In this document: one piece after another, positions 28,191-38,092 of the stretch | How positions within the stretch are numbered: position 1 is the first letter of the stretch | Layout: each line of letters starts with the position of its first letter | Source of the DNA: Candidatus Argoarchaeum ethanivorans | Lineage (GTDB): Archaea; Halobacteriota; Methanosarcinia; Methanosarcinales; EX4572-44 | Direction: 5' to 3' | Assembly (NCBI GenBank): GCA_905067555.1 | Contig: CAJHIS010000003.1 | Coordinates: 1-55,002, forward strand | Length of the DNA: 55,002 bases | Notes under the pieces: model-generated | What the model was told of the DNA's origin: nothing | Databases searched by the model: none | Seen by the model: only the letters and a program-made list of their open reading frames with translations | Translations under genes and position numbers: made by a program

Positions 28191-28327
28191 ACCGCCACAA
28201 CTCGAGCTTTTTCAAACCTGCGTAACTGTGGTGCACCAGTGTTCGGTTAAGACCCCCCAACCACCATTCCAAACATAGGTATTCTGGTAATGTCCTGCCC
28301 TGCAGGCAGATATAAGATTAAATCAGT

Positions 28328-29197
28328 TCATTGATCATTCTTATGTTCAAAGACAACTTTCTTCCTGTAAGAAAGGTGCATAACCAAGCGTTTTCCGAAA
28401 TTAACTAAATATCTGGCATTCCTATCTCCAACCACATAATTTAAAAATGGATAACAAATAGCCCAGGCATAAGATATGAGCCAGGGTATTGTAATCACCT
28501 TCAATTGATTACTTTGGCGTGCTCTGGCAGTTTCCTTAACCAACTTTACACAGTTGGAAGTAATTCCTCCTATTTGCATTCCTGTAACAATCAACCCATT
28601 AATAAAATAAGCATCTCCCCCTCCCTTAAACGCCCTGATTAGCAGTTCATAATCTCCTGCGATTTTGAAAGATTCATCAAACTTTCCGTAGAGTTCAAAG
28701 AGACTGCGGTGGTGAAACATCCCTTGATGTGTAAAAGTGCATATTCCGTCTCTAATGATACTCCTCCATGTATACTCCCACGAAAAACCATCAACGCAGC
28801 TTATCTCATCATCTTCTGTTACTCTTGCAACCTGTCCATACACCATCCGTATACCTTGAGACTCCGCCTTGATCATGTGTGGCATTATCTCTTCAAATAC
28901 ACTCTTTTTCCAGAGATAGTCGTCAGATCCCAAGAATAATATCCAATCCCCACTTGCATGACCTAGTGCCTTATTCCATGCATTATAGATACCGTTGTCC
29001 GGTTCTGATTTCCAGTAAGCAATTTTATCGTTGTTGGTCATCAGGATATCTATCGTACCATCTGTAGAGCCTCCATCAATAATAATAAGCTCTTTATTTA
29101 GATAAGTTTGATTAGATACACTATCGATACAACGTTGCAAGGTTTTGGCACCGTTATATACGGCTACAATAACAGAGATTAAGGGTTTTGAAGTCAT
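28328..29197 (-). CDS. Glycosyltransferase family 2
   Basis: ISVIVAVYNGAKTLQRCIDSVSNQTY, IIIDGGSTDGT, FLGSDD (DXD-like). Confidence 0.85.
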   Translation of the reverse strand: MTSKPLISVIVAVYNGAKTLQRCIDSVSNQTYLNKELIIIDGGSTDGTIDILMTNNDKIAYWKSEPDNGIYNAWNKALGHASGDWILFLGSDDYLWKKSVFEEIMPHMIKAESQGIRMVYGQVARVTEDDEISCVDGFSWEYTWRSIIRDGICTFTHQGMFHHRSLFELYGKFDESFKIAGDYELLIRAFKGGGDAYFINGLIVTGMQIGGITSNCVKLVKETARARQSNQLKVITIPWLISYAWAICYPFLNYVVGDRNARYLVNFGKRLVMHLSYRKKVVFEHKNDQ

Positions 29198-29290
29198 TTT
29201 ATTTTATCACTGGGATTTTTATATATTAAATTGCTGTTAATTTTTAACATTTATTGTTATACTAAACCGTGTCTGTTTTTGTAACTTTCT

Positions 29291-29345
29291 GCCACAGAGA
29301 TGCCTTTTCCACAGCTTCAAATCCTCCCTCTGTGTTCTCTGTGGC
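29291..29345. repeat. 10-bp perfect inverted repeat with a 35-nt spacer
   Basis: gccacagaga (29291-29300) and tctctgtggc (29336-29345). The right arm is part of the ttctctgtg motif seen at 23294-23320. Confidence 0.8.
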
Positions 29346-29392
29346 TGTCATCTATAGATCTAAATTATACTCGCAGAGTAGTATATATTGGT

Positions 29393-30328
29393 TTACTTTT
29401 TACTCACGTACCACTTATATGCCTGCTTAATTCCATTCCTGAGCGATACCTTTGCTTCCCACCCAAGCTCCCGCAGCCTGCTAACATCCAGCAACTTCTG
29501 TGGCGTCCCATCAGGCTTGGAGGCATCATACACGATTTTCCCACCATATCCTACAATCTCCCCGATCAGCTCAGCCAGCTCCCGAATCGTAACATCCTCC
29601 CCGAGCCCGATATTAACAAATTCCCCGATATCCGAGGCATCATAGTTCTCCATCAAATACACGCATGCATCCGCCATATCATCCACATACAAAAACTCCC
29701 GCCTGGGTGTCCCGGTGCCCCACACAACGACTTGCGGTGAACTATTCGGCTTTGCTTCATGGAACTTGCGTATGAGCGCAGCCATGACATGAGATGTCTC
29801 AGGGTCGTAGTTGTCACCCGGGCCATAGAGGTTGGTTGGCATAACCGAGATGAAGTTCGTCCCGTACTGCTGGTTGTAATGCTTGCACATCCGTATCCCT
29901 GCGATCTTTGCAACCGCATACGCCTCGTTGGTGACCTCAAGTTCACCTGTGAGCAGGTATTCTTCCTTCAGAGGCTGCAGCGCAAGTCTGGGATATATGC
30001 ATGATGAACCAAGGAAGAGTAGTTTTTTCACGCCATAGGTGTATGCAGCATGGATGACGTTGGCTTCTATCATGAGGTTTTCGTAGATGAACTCTGCCGG
30101 ATAAGTGCTGTTTGCCAAAATGCCGCCGACCTTTGCTGCGGCTAAGAAGACGTATTCCGGTCTTTCCGCTTTGAAGAAATGGTTTACAGCCTGCTGGTTG
30201 GTGAGGTCAAGCTCGCTGTGTGTGCGGGTTACGAGGTTATGGTAACCTCTGGCTTCGAGGTTACGGCGGATGGCTGAGCCTGCCATGCCGCGGTGGCCCA
30301 GGATGTAGATTTTGGATTGTGGGTTCAT
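29393..30328 (-). CDS. fcl: GDP-L-fucose synthase (GDP-4-keto-6-deoxy-D-mannose 3,5-epimerase/4-reductase)
   Basis: 311 aa. [53 protein letters not shown]. Full-length family pattern. Confidence 0.88.
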   Translation of the reverse strand: MNPQSKIYILGHRGMAGSAIRRNLEARGYHNLVTRTHSELDLTNQQAVNHFFKAERPEYVFLAAAKVGGILANSTYPAEFIYENLMIEANVIHAAYTYGVKKLLFLGSSCIYPRLALQPLKEEYLLTGELEVTNEAYAVAKIAGIRMCKHYNQQYGTNFISVMPTNLYGPGDNYDPETSHVMAALIRKFHEAKPNSSPQVVVWGTGTPRREFLYVDDMADACVYLMENYDASDIGEFVNIGLGEDVTIRELAELIGEIVGYGGKIVYDASKPDGTPQKLLDVSRLRELGWEAKVSLRNGIKQAYKWYVSKK

Positions 30329-30389
30329 GGTTTTATTTCCGTGCAGCTCTTATTACTCTTAAACGATTTTAGGAGCTATGCTTATTTGG

Positions 30390-31532
30390 TCAATGTTTTA
30401 AATCAGATGCATGCTCATAAACTTTAAATGTTTCATAAGCAGTTTTGTCCCAACTGAATTTTTTCTCTTGTTCAAAACCAAGATTAACCAATTTCTCACG
30501 TTTCGATTTATTGCTTTCTAACAATTCAATAACATTCATTAAACTATCTTTTGAATTGGGGTCAAACGATAAAGCCGCTTTATCCACTACCTCTGGGATT
30601 GAACTTGTATTACTAGCAATGACTGGACATCCCAGTCCCATAGCTTCAAGCAATGGGATGCCAAATCCTTCATATAAAGATGGATATATGAAACAAAATG
30701 CATTTTTGTATAATGATGCAAGCAGGTGATCTGAACCGCTCAAATGAATCACTTTCCCAGAACATCTTATATTTTTAATGGTTTTTAATTCATTATGATT
30801 AAAATCTCCTCCACCAAAACAGACCAAATCAAAACGATCTGAAAGCATAGTCGAATATGTTTCAAACAACATTGCAAAATTCTTGTAACTACGTTTTCGA
30901 TCACCGACATATAATAAAAATGGTTTGGTTATTGAGTACATTTTTTTTAAATCAGCACATGTTAGATATTCATCAGATTTTGGTAGCGAGTTACCATGAT
31001 ATATAACTTTTATTTTATCCTCTGGCACGTCATACACGCTGATCAAATCTTTTTTGGTATTTTCTGAAACACATATTATTTGATCAGCTGTATTAATGGA
31101 CTTTTTTTTAGCTTTAATTACAAACCTACTATCTATAAATTGGTCGGGGTACAATTCATGAATCATATCATGCACTGTTAACACGATAGCTGATTTATTA
31201 TATTTGTCCAGACCATTCCTATAATAGGTTGGATGGAATATGTTAGCATCCGACGAACGCATGAAGTTATCAAATAAAATTTTGTTGGGTATTGCAAATA
31301 TAAGCCACATATATATTGCAGCTGGTTTTTTGTACTTCCATTTATAGCCCCAATATGAATCAAAATTTTGCTTGTGCTCTGAGAGAGCATATTTGTTAAT
31401 ATGGAACCCATGAAAAAGGCTTATATCTACACTTTCTTTTGTTGAAAGCCTTGTTATGAGCTCATAAAAATATCTTGATATTCCTCCATATCGCTGGAAT
31501 TGAAACACGGTGTGGTCGTAGAGTATTTTCAC
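30390..31532 (-). CDS. Glycosyltransferase family 4 (GT1-type fold)
   Basis: YPSLYEGFGIPLLEAMGLGCPVIASN (E-x7-E region). Confidence 0.85.
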   Translation of the reverse strand: MKILYDHTVFQFQRYGGISRYFYELITRLSTKESVDISLFHGFHINKYALSEHKQNFDSYWGYKWKYKKPAAIYMWLIFAIPNKILFDNFMRSSDANIFHPTYYRNGLDKYNKSAIVLTVHDMIHELYPDQFIDSRFVIKAKKKSINTADQIICVSENTKKDLISVYDVPEDKIKVIYHGNSLPKSDEYLTCADLKKMYSITKPFLLYVGDRKRSYKNFAMLFETYSTMLSDRFDLVCFGGGDFNHNELKTIKNIRCSGKVIHLSGSDHLLASLYKNAFCFIYPSLYEGFGIPLLEAMGLGCPVIASNTSSIPEVVDKAALSFDPNSKDSLMNVIELLESNKSKREKLVNLGFEQEKKFSWDKTAYETFKVYEHASDLKH

Positions 31533-32308
31533 CCGAACAACCCCTTAACGAATCCCCTTATTTTCATTGCAAACTTTGCAGGAATTGATAATATTTTAAG
31601 ATTATTGCACATCTTCATATCCGATGCCTTGCAAAAGATGTGAAGAAATGTATTATCAAGCGATATCAATTTATATCCGTTCATTTCACCAAGCAACGTC
31701 AGACTTTTTTTTGACCACAAAGTGAAATGCCCTGAATCAGGGTCTAAATACAACCAATCATCAATGGGTTCGGTAACATTGTCGGTCAAATTTGTTGTAA
31801 ATATTATCAATTTTGGGTTATGAAAATCAGTTAAGATTTTACGAATGTCTTCAAATGCATTGGTGAAATGTTCAAAAACTTCTACCATCAATAATACGTC
31901 TGCATCGAAAGGTGTGTCACAGTAGTATGATTTTTCTAAGTATGTATCATTTTGAATAAATGGTTCATAGGCTAAAACATTGAACCCATTATTAATAAGC
32001 AATTTACTTAAATATCCATTGCCTGCACCAAAATCGCAAATTCGCATTTTTTTAAGGGGAATCAATATATTTATATATTTAATATACATGAGCAATATTT
32101 TTGCTCGCCTCTCCCACCCATAATCAACATTTCTAAAATAGTCAGCATTATATATACTGGATAAATCATATTTCATCGATTCTGGCGCAGTTATCAGGCC
32201 GCATGATTCACATTGAACATACTCTACAACACGGTCAAGTGCCTGAGAATGTTTATGATATTCCTTGAATGCTGTACAATTGCAAGCACATTTGTTTTTG
32301 AGTATCAT
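31529..32308 (-). CDS. Class I SAM-dependent methyltransferase with an N-terminal Cys-rich segment
   Basis: ICDFGAGNGYLSKLL motif I, N-terminal CACNC...CESCG. 4-nt overlap with the downstream GT4 gene. Confidence 0.8.
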   Translation of the reverse strand: MILKNKCACNCTAFKEYHKHSQALDRVVEYVQCESCGLITAPESMKYDLSSIYNADYFRNVDYGWERRAKILLMYIKYINILIPLKKMRICDFGAGNGYLSKLLINNGFNVLAYEPFIQNDTYLEKSYYCDTPFDADVLLMVEVFEHFTNAFEDIRKILTDFHNPKLIIFTTNLTDNVTEPIDDWLYLDPDSGHFTLWSKKSLTLLGEMNGYKLISLDNTFLHIFCKASDMKMCNNLKILSIPAKFAMKIRGFVKGLFG

Positions 32309-32363
32309 ATCAACAATTCTAACAAGATGTTATCTAATTTAAATTCATATATGAAATAATCTA

Positions 32364-33284
32364 TTATGTACTTTTCAATTTATTAATAACTCTATTAATA
32401 GCCCGTAATATCAATGAACCGGAAAACATTTTATTTTCAGTGACGTGATCTGCCACCGAGTCACGTAGAATATATGGTGGATGTGAAATAGGAAATACGA
32501 TGGGTTCTATTTCCATCTCAGAAAATGTATTTTTGACATTTGTATGCACGGCTTTCATATCAAATCCAATATTTGAAACCAAGTTTACAGTAGGTATAAC
32601 GGTCAATGCATTTTGCATCCAGCATGCAAAGGTCCACTGGTAATCCCAGGTGTCTATCTTCCCTTGATACGCATTTTCAAATCTGTTTTTCCAATACCAA
32701 ACACTTTTTTTGACCCCAAGCAAGTCATCCAACCACCCACCATCGCGAATCTCAGGCCATATTTTCATCTCTACATCATAGTTGTCCCATGCCCGTCGCC
32801 AGGATGCCCAGCCCCATATATGTGGATAGCGGGAGAAATAGTAGCTATATTCAGTCCGCTTTCTTCCAAACTGGAAATTATCCCCGCTGATCATGGCAAT
32901 CCGTTTATCATCCCGATATTTCTCCAGCATTTCCTCGCAAAACCGGAAGAATGTTGGATGAGGCAGGCAGTCATCCTCAAGAATAATTGCCTCATCAACA
33001 GTATCGAACACCCAGTCCAGACCGCTTGACACACGGCGTTTGCATCCCAGATTCACGTCCGAGTAATTGGCCAGCACCTCGCAGTCCCAATCCACACCAT
33101 TGATGATAGCACGAACAGCAGCGCATTTCTCTGCATCATCCAGATGATCCGCACGCGGTCCGTCAGCGATAACCAGAAGTTTCGGCGGTCTGGCTTTCGC
33201 TATTTCTGCAAACACTCTTTTGGTGGTGTCTGGGCGGTTGAATATGATGAATGCGACCGTGGTTTTTAGTTGGTAATTGGACAT
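32364..33284 (-). CDS. GT-A fold glycosyltransferase (GNT-I / HlpA-like family)
   Basis: TVAFIIFNRPDTTKRVFAEIAKARPPKLLVIADGPR and ILEDDC (DXD-like) resemble this family. Family name is from memory. Confidence 0.6.
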   Translation of the reverse strand: MSNYQLKTTVAFIIFNRPDTTKRVFAEIAKARPPKLLVIADGPRADHLDDAEKCAAVRAIINGVDWDCEVLANYSDVNLGCKRRVSSGLDWVFDTVDEAIILEDDCLPHPTFFRFCEEMLEKYRDDKRIAMISGDNFQFGRKRTEYSYYFSRYPHIWGWASWRRAWDNYDVEMKIWPEIRDGGWLDDLLGVKKSVWYWKNRFENAYQGKIDTWDYQWTFACWMQNALTVIPTVNLVSNIGFDMKAVHTNVKNTFSEMEIEPIVFPISHPPYILRDSVADHVTENKMFSGSLILRAINRVINKLKST

Positions 33285-33292
33285 TTCGGAAC

Positions 33293-34435
33293 CTATTTTT
33301 GTAATAATGATGTGTATAAGCTGGTCATTTGTTTTTCTTGTACTTCTTCGGAAAAAAGTGTTTCTGCTCGCAATTTCCCGGACTTGCCCATTTTATCTCT
33401 GAGTTTATCATCATCCAGTAATTTAATAATTCGTGAAGCAAAACATTCCACATCATTTGGTGGGCATGTAAAACCAGTTTCACCGTTTACAACCGATTCA
33501 GGTAGGCCACCAACATCGGATGTTACGCAAGGTAGCCCGCGTGCCATTGCCTCTACAACTGATATGCCATGACTTTCGAGTAAACTTGGTTGAAAATATA
33601 TTGCACTTTTATTGTATAGAGAAACCACATTTTCGTGATATCCAATAAACTTAACAGCTCCTAATCCTATTTGATTTATCAAATTTTTACATTCTTCAAG
33701 AAGATCACCCTCACCAGCCCAGATAAATTCGAGATTCATGTTTGGTCTTTGTCTAATAACTTTTTGTGAAACTTCGATCCATAATTTGGGGTTTTTATAC
33801 CAATTAACATGTCCCATTGTCAGAACACGATAAATATTTTTATTGCGATTAATCTCTTCAACGAATGATGTTTTCTTCGCAGAATTATAAATAACATGAA
33901 TATAATTGCTTTTTTCCCCAGGTGCCCAAAATGTCAATAGCTGTTTTTTTGAATATTCTGAAACGGTGACCAATATTTTATTAGTGTTCATAGACAAATT
34001 CAAAAACGCCTTTTGTATACTGCTTAGACCAATAATTTTACTCTTTAACGGATATGTATGAAACACATATATAAATTTTACTGGAAATAAAACTAGTCCT
34101 ATAAACATTCCGGGCGTACCGTTTGATACAACTATCATATTTGATTTTTCTTTTAAATATATTGGAAAGATAGTCAAAATATCAAAAAAAAGGTTGAGTG
34201 GAAAATAACGTAAAAATCTTTTTAATCCTGTTCTCCGTTCGCGAATGAAATAGACTCTATAGTTATAATGTTTCAGAAGTGACTTTATTTCATTATCCAG
34301 TTGGTACTTGGAAAGAGCAATTGCAACGTCATAATTTTGGGAGGAATAAAACTTCAATAAATATGTAAAATAACTGCGAGTGCCCCCGAATGCACTAAAT
34401 TCCGGAACCAATAATATTTTCTTCATATTACACAT
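33293..34435 (-). CDS. Glycosyltransferase family 4
   Basis: FQPSLLESHGISVVEAMARGLPCVTSDVGGLPE. Confidence 0.85.
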   Translation of the reverse strand: MCNMKKILLVPEFSAFGGTRSYFTYLLKFYSSQNYDVAIALSKYQLDNEIKSLLKHYNYRVYFIRERRTGLKRFLRYFPLNLFFDILTIFPIYLKEKSNMIVVSNGTPGMFIGLVLFPVKFIYVFHTYPLKSKIIGLSSIQKAFLNLSMNTNKILVTVSEYSKKQLLTFWAPGEKSNYIHVIYNSAKKTSFVEEINRNKNIYRVLTMGHVNWYKNPKLWIEVSQKVIRQRPNMNLEFIWAGEGDLLEECKNLINQIGLGAVKFIGYHENVVSLYNKSAIYFQPSLLESHGISVVEAMARGLPCVTSDVGGLPESVVNGETGFTCPPNDVECFASRIIKLLDDDKLRDKMGKSGKLRAETLFSEEVQEKQMTSLYTSLLQK

Positions 34436-34600
34436 TTTTTAAACTTGGCCATTTTATTAAGCATTTAGCAAATATATTCATATATTGTTTTTTCGATTTC
34501 TATGGGAACCATTCATCATCACGAATTTTGAAATGCAATATATTCTCCGTTTAGTGCTTAAATTCGTGTATTTCTTACTGCTGAATATCCTTTATTATCT

Positions 34601-35680
34601 TCATGTAGGGTTATGGTAGTTTGCCGAATTTCTACATCGGTATTTATGATAATATCTACAAATATACAACTCTACCCCGAGATAAGTCGAAGATAAGAGC
34701 ATCAAACCAAAAACCAATACCGCCAGTAATTTAGGCTTTTTAAAGTGGCTCATTGCAACCCAAAATACCTTCTTAGAAAATGATTCTTTAAGCAACTTTT
34801 TTGCATTTTGCGATTGCCCTCTTAATATATAATTCACTGCACGTTGTATATTGTCATCAGATCGTTGAAATTCATAATTATTCAAGCTGCTGGTTAGGGT
34901 CTTTATATTAGTACGCGTTTCAGCTAATAAATGAAAGTCAATCACCTTAAAAAAATCAGCCTCATCGATGCGTAGATAGTTATATATTGTTCCACCTTGC
35001 ATATTACTGATCCGATACCTCATCAATTTTTCATCTAAAATGGTAATTGGATGCTTTTTTAGGATTCTTAACCACATGTCCAGATCAGAAGATGTACCAA
35101 ACCTTTCGACATCAAATGTGGATAACTGCTTATATATCTTACTCCGGACCATAGCACTTGGACACAGCAGGAAATTTCCGTTTTTTAATATTGAAGTAAG
35201 TATATCTTGAAATGGATATATTTGTTTGCCTTTTAACTCTAAAGGTAATTTATGCTCTCCAATTATTTCACCATGAATATCGATGTGGTCAGCCATAGTA
35301 AAGACCGCACCGACAGACGAATTATCCTGAAAAGCCTGCACTTGCTTTTCTACCATATCAGGATTATACAAATCATCAGCATGAAATATAGCAATATAGT
35401 CACCCGTAGCCAACTCAATGCAACGGCTGAAATTCTGTTCTGCAATTATAGTTTTACTGGTTCTATAAATCTTTATTCGTGGATCATTAAATTTGTCTAA
35501 AAGGCTTAAAGTATTATCTGTGGAAGCATTCTCAGAGATGACGATCTCCAAATTTTTATATGTTTGATCTATTATCGAATTTAAGGTCTCTGCTATGGTT
35601 TTTTCAACATTGTATGTTGGAATGCAAATGCTTACTAATGGTTGCTTATTATTTGAATTAATCATTCTTGAGAATTTCAC
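34601..35680 (-). CDS. Glycosyltransferase family 2 with a C-terminal TM segment
   Basis: VSICIPTYNVEKTIAETLNSIIDQTY, VISENASTDNT, FHADD. Confidence 0.85.
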   Translation of the reverse strand: MKFSRMINSNNKQPLVSICIPTYNVEKTIAETLNSIIDQTYKNLEIVISENASTDNTLSLLDKFNDPRIKIYRTSKTIIAEQNFSRCIELATGDYIAIFHADDLYNPDMVEKQVQAFQDNSSVGAVFTMADHIDIHGEIIGEHKLPLELKGKQIYPFQDILTSILKNGNFLLCPSAMVRSKIYKQLSTFDVERFGTSSDLDMWLRILKKHPITILDEKLMRYRISNMQGGTIYNYLRIDEADFFKVIDFHLLAETRTNIKTLTSSLNNYEFQRSDDNIQRAVNYILRGQSQNAKKLLKESFSKKVFWVAMSHFKKPKLLAVLVFGLMLLSSTYLGVELYICRYYHKYRCRNSANYHNPT

Positions 35681-36644
35681 TGATTATGGTATCTGCAAAA
35701 CATTCTGCACTGAATGGATATATTTCAGGGCTTTCAATAAAATTCTTTATCGCAGCTAAATAACCCAAGTATTCTTCATCAGGCATATTTTTTATATAAT
35801 CATAAAGCTCCTCATAACTATTAAATTTTCTTCGATCTATGAATGTATCTTCAGGTATGAAATCGGTCACATTTGGTGCCCCCCAGTAAATTGGGACACA
35901 GCCCGCGAAGAAACAATTAAAAATCTTTTCTGTAATATAACTAGGAATATCCCTTGCATTTTCATAACAAATCGCGAATTTGTATTTTGGGAGTACTGTC
36001 CTTGAGGGGGCAGGACCTTTAAATGAGGAATATTTAGGTATTAGAAGTTTTGTCATCGATTGAAATCTGTTTAAACTTGTCAAAGCACCTTTAAAACAAT
36101 GTCTGTCCCAACCAATACCATACAAATCAAAATCTTTCGGATGATTTTGCTCAAACCAGCGAATTGCTTTTATCCTTTCTGTATATAATTCTAATGAATG
36201 GGATTCGAATTTATGTGATGCCACCATAGTGCAGAGTTTTTCTTTTTTGCTCATGTCATAATCCAAGTCCGTAGGTATTTTATGAGCATAATTTATCTTT
36301 AAATAGTTTCTACCATCCACCAAATTATTATCCCACGTAAAAATTTTCTTGAAGTATTTATGTTTTTTCGTATTCCAATTGTCGGATTTTATAATCTTAG
36401 ATTCGAGCATTAGCAGATAGCTATCCTTATCAGGCATAATATCTCTAATTTTAGGCATTTCATTGTAAATTATAAATTGAGCTTCTGAAGGTGGATTAAT
36501 ATCCTGTGTACTTAAATCAATTCCCTTTTCCCTAAATTTTTCTTTAAGCACATAAAATCCATATAAGGAATCATTCATACTAACTTTATCAAAAACCCTG
36601 TTGTTTAAATAAAAAGAATCGGTAAAAAGAGTTGCTTTTATCAT
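35658..36644 (-). CDS. GT10-family alpha-1,3/4-fucosyltransferase-like protein
   Basis: [34 protein letters not shown] matches the GT10 signature (CFEN...Y.TEK...IPIYWG of bacterial FucT). Confidence 0.7.
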   Translation of the reverse strand: MIKATLFTDSFYLNNRVFDKVSMNDSLYGFYVLKEKFREKGIDLSTQDINPPSEAQFIIYNEMPKIRDIMPDKDSYLLMLESKIIKSDNWNTKKHKYFKKIFTWDNNLVDGRNYLKINYAHKIPTDLDYDMSKKEKLCTMVASHKFESHSLELYTERIKAIRWFEQNHPKDFDLYGIGWDRHCFKGALTSLNRFQSMTKLLIPKYSSFKGPAPSRTVLPKYKFAICYENARDIPSYITEKIFNCFFAGCVPIYWGAPNVTDFIPEDTFIDRRKFNSYEELYDYIKNMPDEEYLGYLAAIKNFIESPEIYPFSAECFADTIISEILKND

Positions 36645-37690
36645 ATATGTTCCCCCATTTCAGTAAGTATTGACTTTATATCGTATTTATATTGCCAATT
36701 TGGATAATGAGACCTAAATTTATTAACATTGCTTATCCACCAAATATGATCACCAATTCTATTCTTTTCTGAATAGGAATAATCCATCTTCTTCCCCGTG
36801 ACCTCTTCACACATTTTAATTGCTTCTATAATTGAACAATTTGAATGCCTACCACCACCAATATTATATACCTCTCCAACTCTTGGATTTTGATAAAAAT
36901 GCCAGAAAGCATTTACCAAATCGTAACTGTGTATATTATCTCTTACCTGTTTTCCTTTGTAACCGTATATTGTATATTGCTTCCCAGTAATAACACATTT
37001 CATAAGATAAGATAAAAAACCATGTAATTCAGTACCAGAATGAAAGGGTCCCGTCAAACATCCGGCTCTAAAACATACAGTCTTCATGCCAAAATATTTA
37101 CCATATTCTTGCACTAAAATATCCGCAGCAACTTTTGAAACTCCGAAAAGACTATGTTTCGTCTGGTCAATACTCATTGATTCATCAATGCCATATTTAA
37201 AATATTTATGAGATTCATCTATTTCCCATCTTGTTTCTAATTCTACAAGAGGCAAGTTGTTTGGAGTATCTCCATATACTTTATTCGTTGATGTAAAAAT
37301 AAAAACTGCTTCATTGCAATATTTTCTTGTCATTTCCAATAAAATCAACGTGCCGTTTGCATTTACTGTAAAATCAGTAAAGGGATCTCTTGCTGCCCAA
37401 TCGTGTGATGGTTGGGCGGCAGTATGTATAACAAGTTTTATGTCTGTCCCATATTCTTTAAAAATATTTTCCATTATTCCTGTATCTCTAATATCCTCGC
37501 TGTAATGAACATAGTTTTTAATCTCTCTTTGAAGATTTTTTCTGCTCCAATCGGTAGAAGCATCTTCTCCAAAGAATTCTTTTCGCATATTATTATCAAT
37601 ACCAACAATCTTGAATCCTCTATTTGCAAAAAAACGAGTCGATTCTGCTCCAATCAGTCCGGCTGAGCCGGTAATTAAAACTACTTTCAT
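36641..37690 (-). CDS. NAD-dependent sugar-nucleotide epimerase, extended SDR (CDP-paratose 2-epimerase-like)
   Basis: [14 protein letters not shown]ossmann motif, [16 protein letters not shown] (YxxxK equivalent region). Its length and layout resemble RfbE-type epimerases. Substrate is inferred from context only. Confidence 0.7.
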   Translation of the reverse strand: MKVVLITGSAGLIGAESTRFFANRGFKIVGIDNNMRKEFFGEDASTDWSRKNLQREIKNYVHYSEDIRDTGIMENIFKEYGTDIKLVIHTAAQPSHDWAARDPFTDFTVNANGTLILLEMTRKYCNEAVFIFTSTNKVYGDTPNNLPLVELETRWEIDESHKYFKYGIDESMSIDQTKHSLFGVSKVAADILVQEYGKYFGMKTVCFRAGCLTGPFHSGTELHGFLSYLMKCVITGKQYTIYGYKGKQVRDNIHSYDLVNAFWHFYQNPRVGEVYNIGGGRHSNCSIIEAIKMCEEVTGKKMDYSYSEKNRIGDHIWWISNVNKFRSHYPNWQYKYDIKSILTEMGEHI

Positions 37691-37720
37691 GATTCTATGC
37701 CTCCTAACTTAATATATTTC

Positions 37721-38080
37721 TTAACCCTTCACAAAGTCATCATTCCATGTGAAAATCTTTTTGAAATGCTTATGCAATTCTATTTTCCAATTAATTGGAT
37801 GTACTATTGTTGACTCTGAGATAACCAAATAACTTTCATGGTCATCATTAAAATACTTTTCAACATTCTTAGGGATATCAAAAAATAATAATCCATACGC
37901 TTTTTTGTTATTTTCATTAAAATAATCATACGTATTTAAAGATACACCCAACTCATTAAATTTTTTCTTTAATAAGTAATAAGGATAATAATAATCATCA
38001 CGGTTCGTGGGGCTATCAATATTAAATATTTTATTTTTATAATAATAATCACTTATACAAACAAGGAATAATTTTTCCAT
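37721..38080 (-). pseudogene. Truncated N-terminal paralog of the GT10-like fucosyltransferase
   Basis: The 119 aa align to residues 1-~120 of the 35658-36644 product (LLKKKFNELGVSL / [30 protein letters not shown] / [17 protein letters not shown]), then stop. The catalytic C-terminal two thirds are absent. Confidence 0.55.
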
Positions 38081-38092
38081 TAAATTTCCACC

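Noticed and set aside
29300-29946. Plus-strand ORFs (146 and 85 aa) and the 97-aa minus-strand ORF inside fcl
   Set aside because: They are alternative frames of a GC-rich, well-supported fcl gene.
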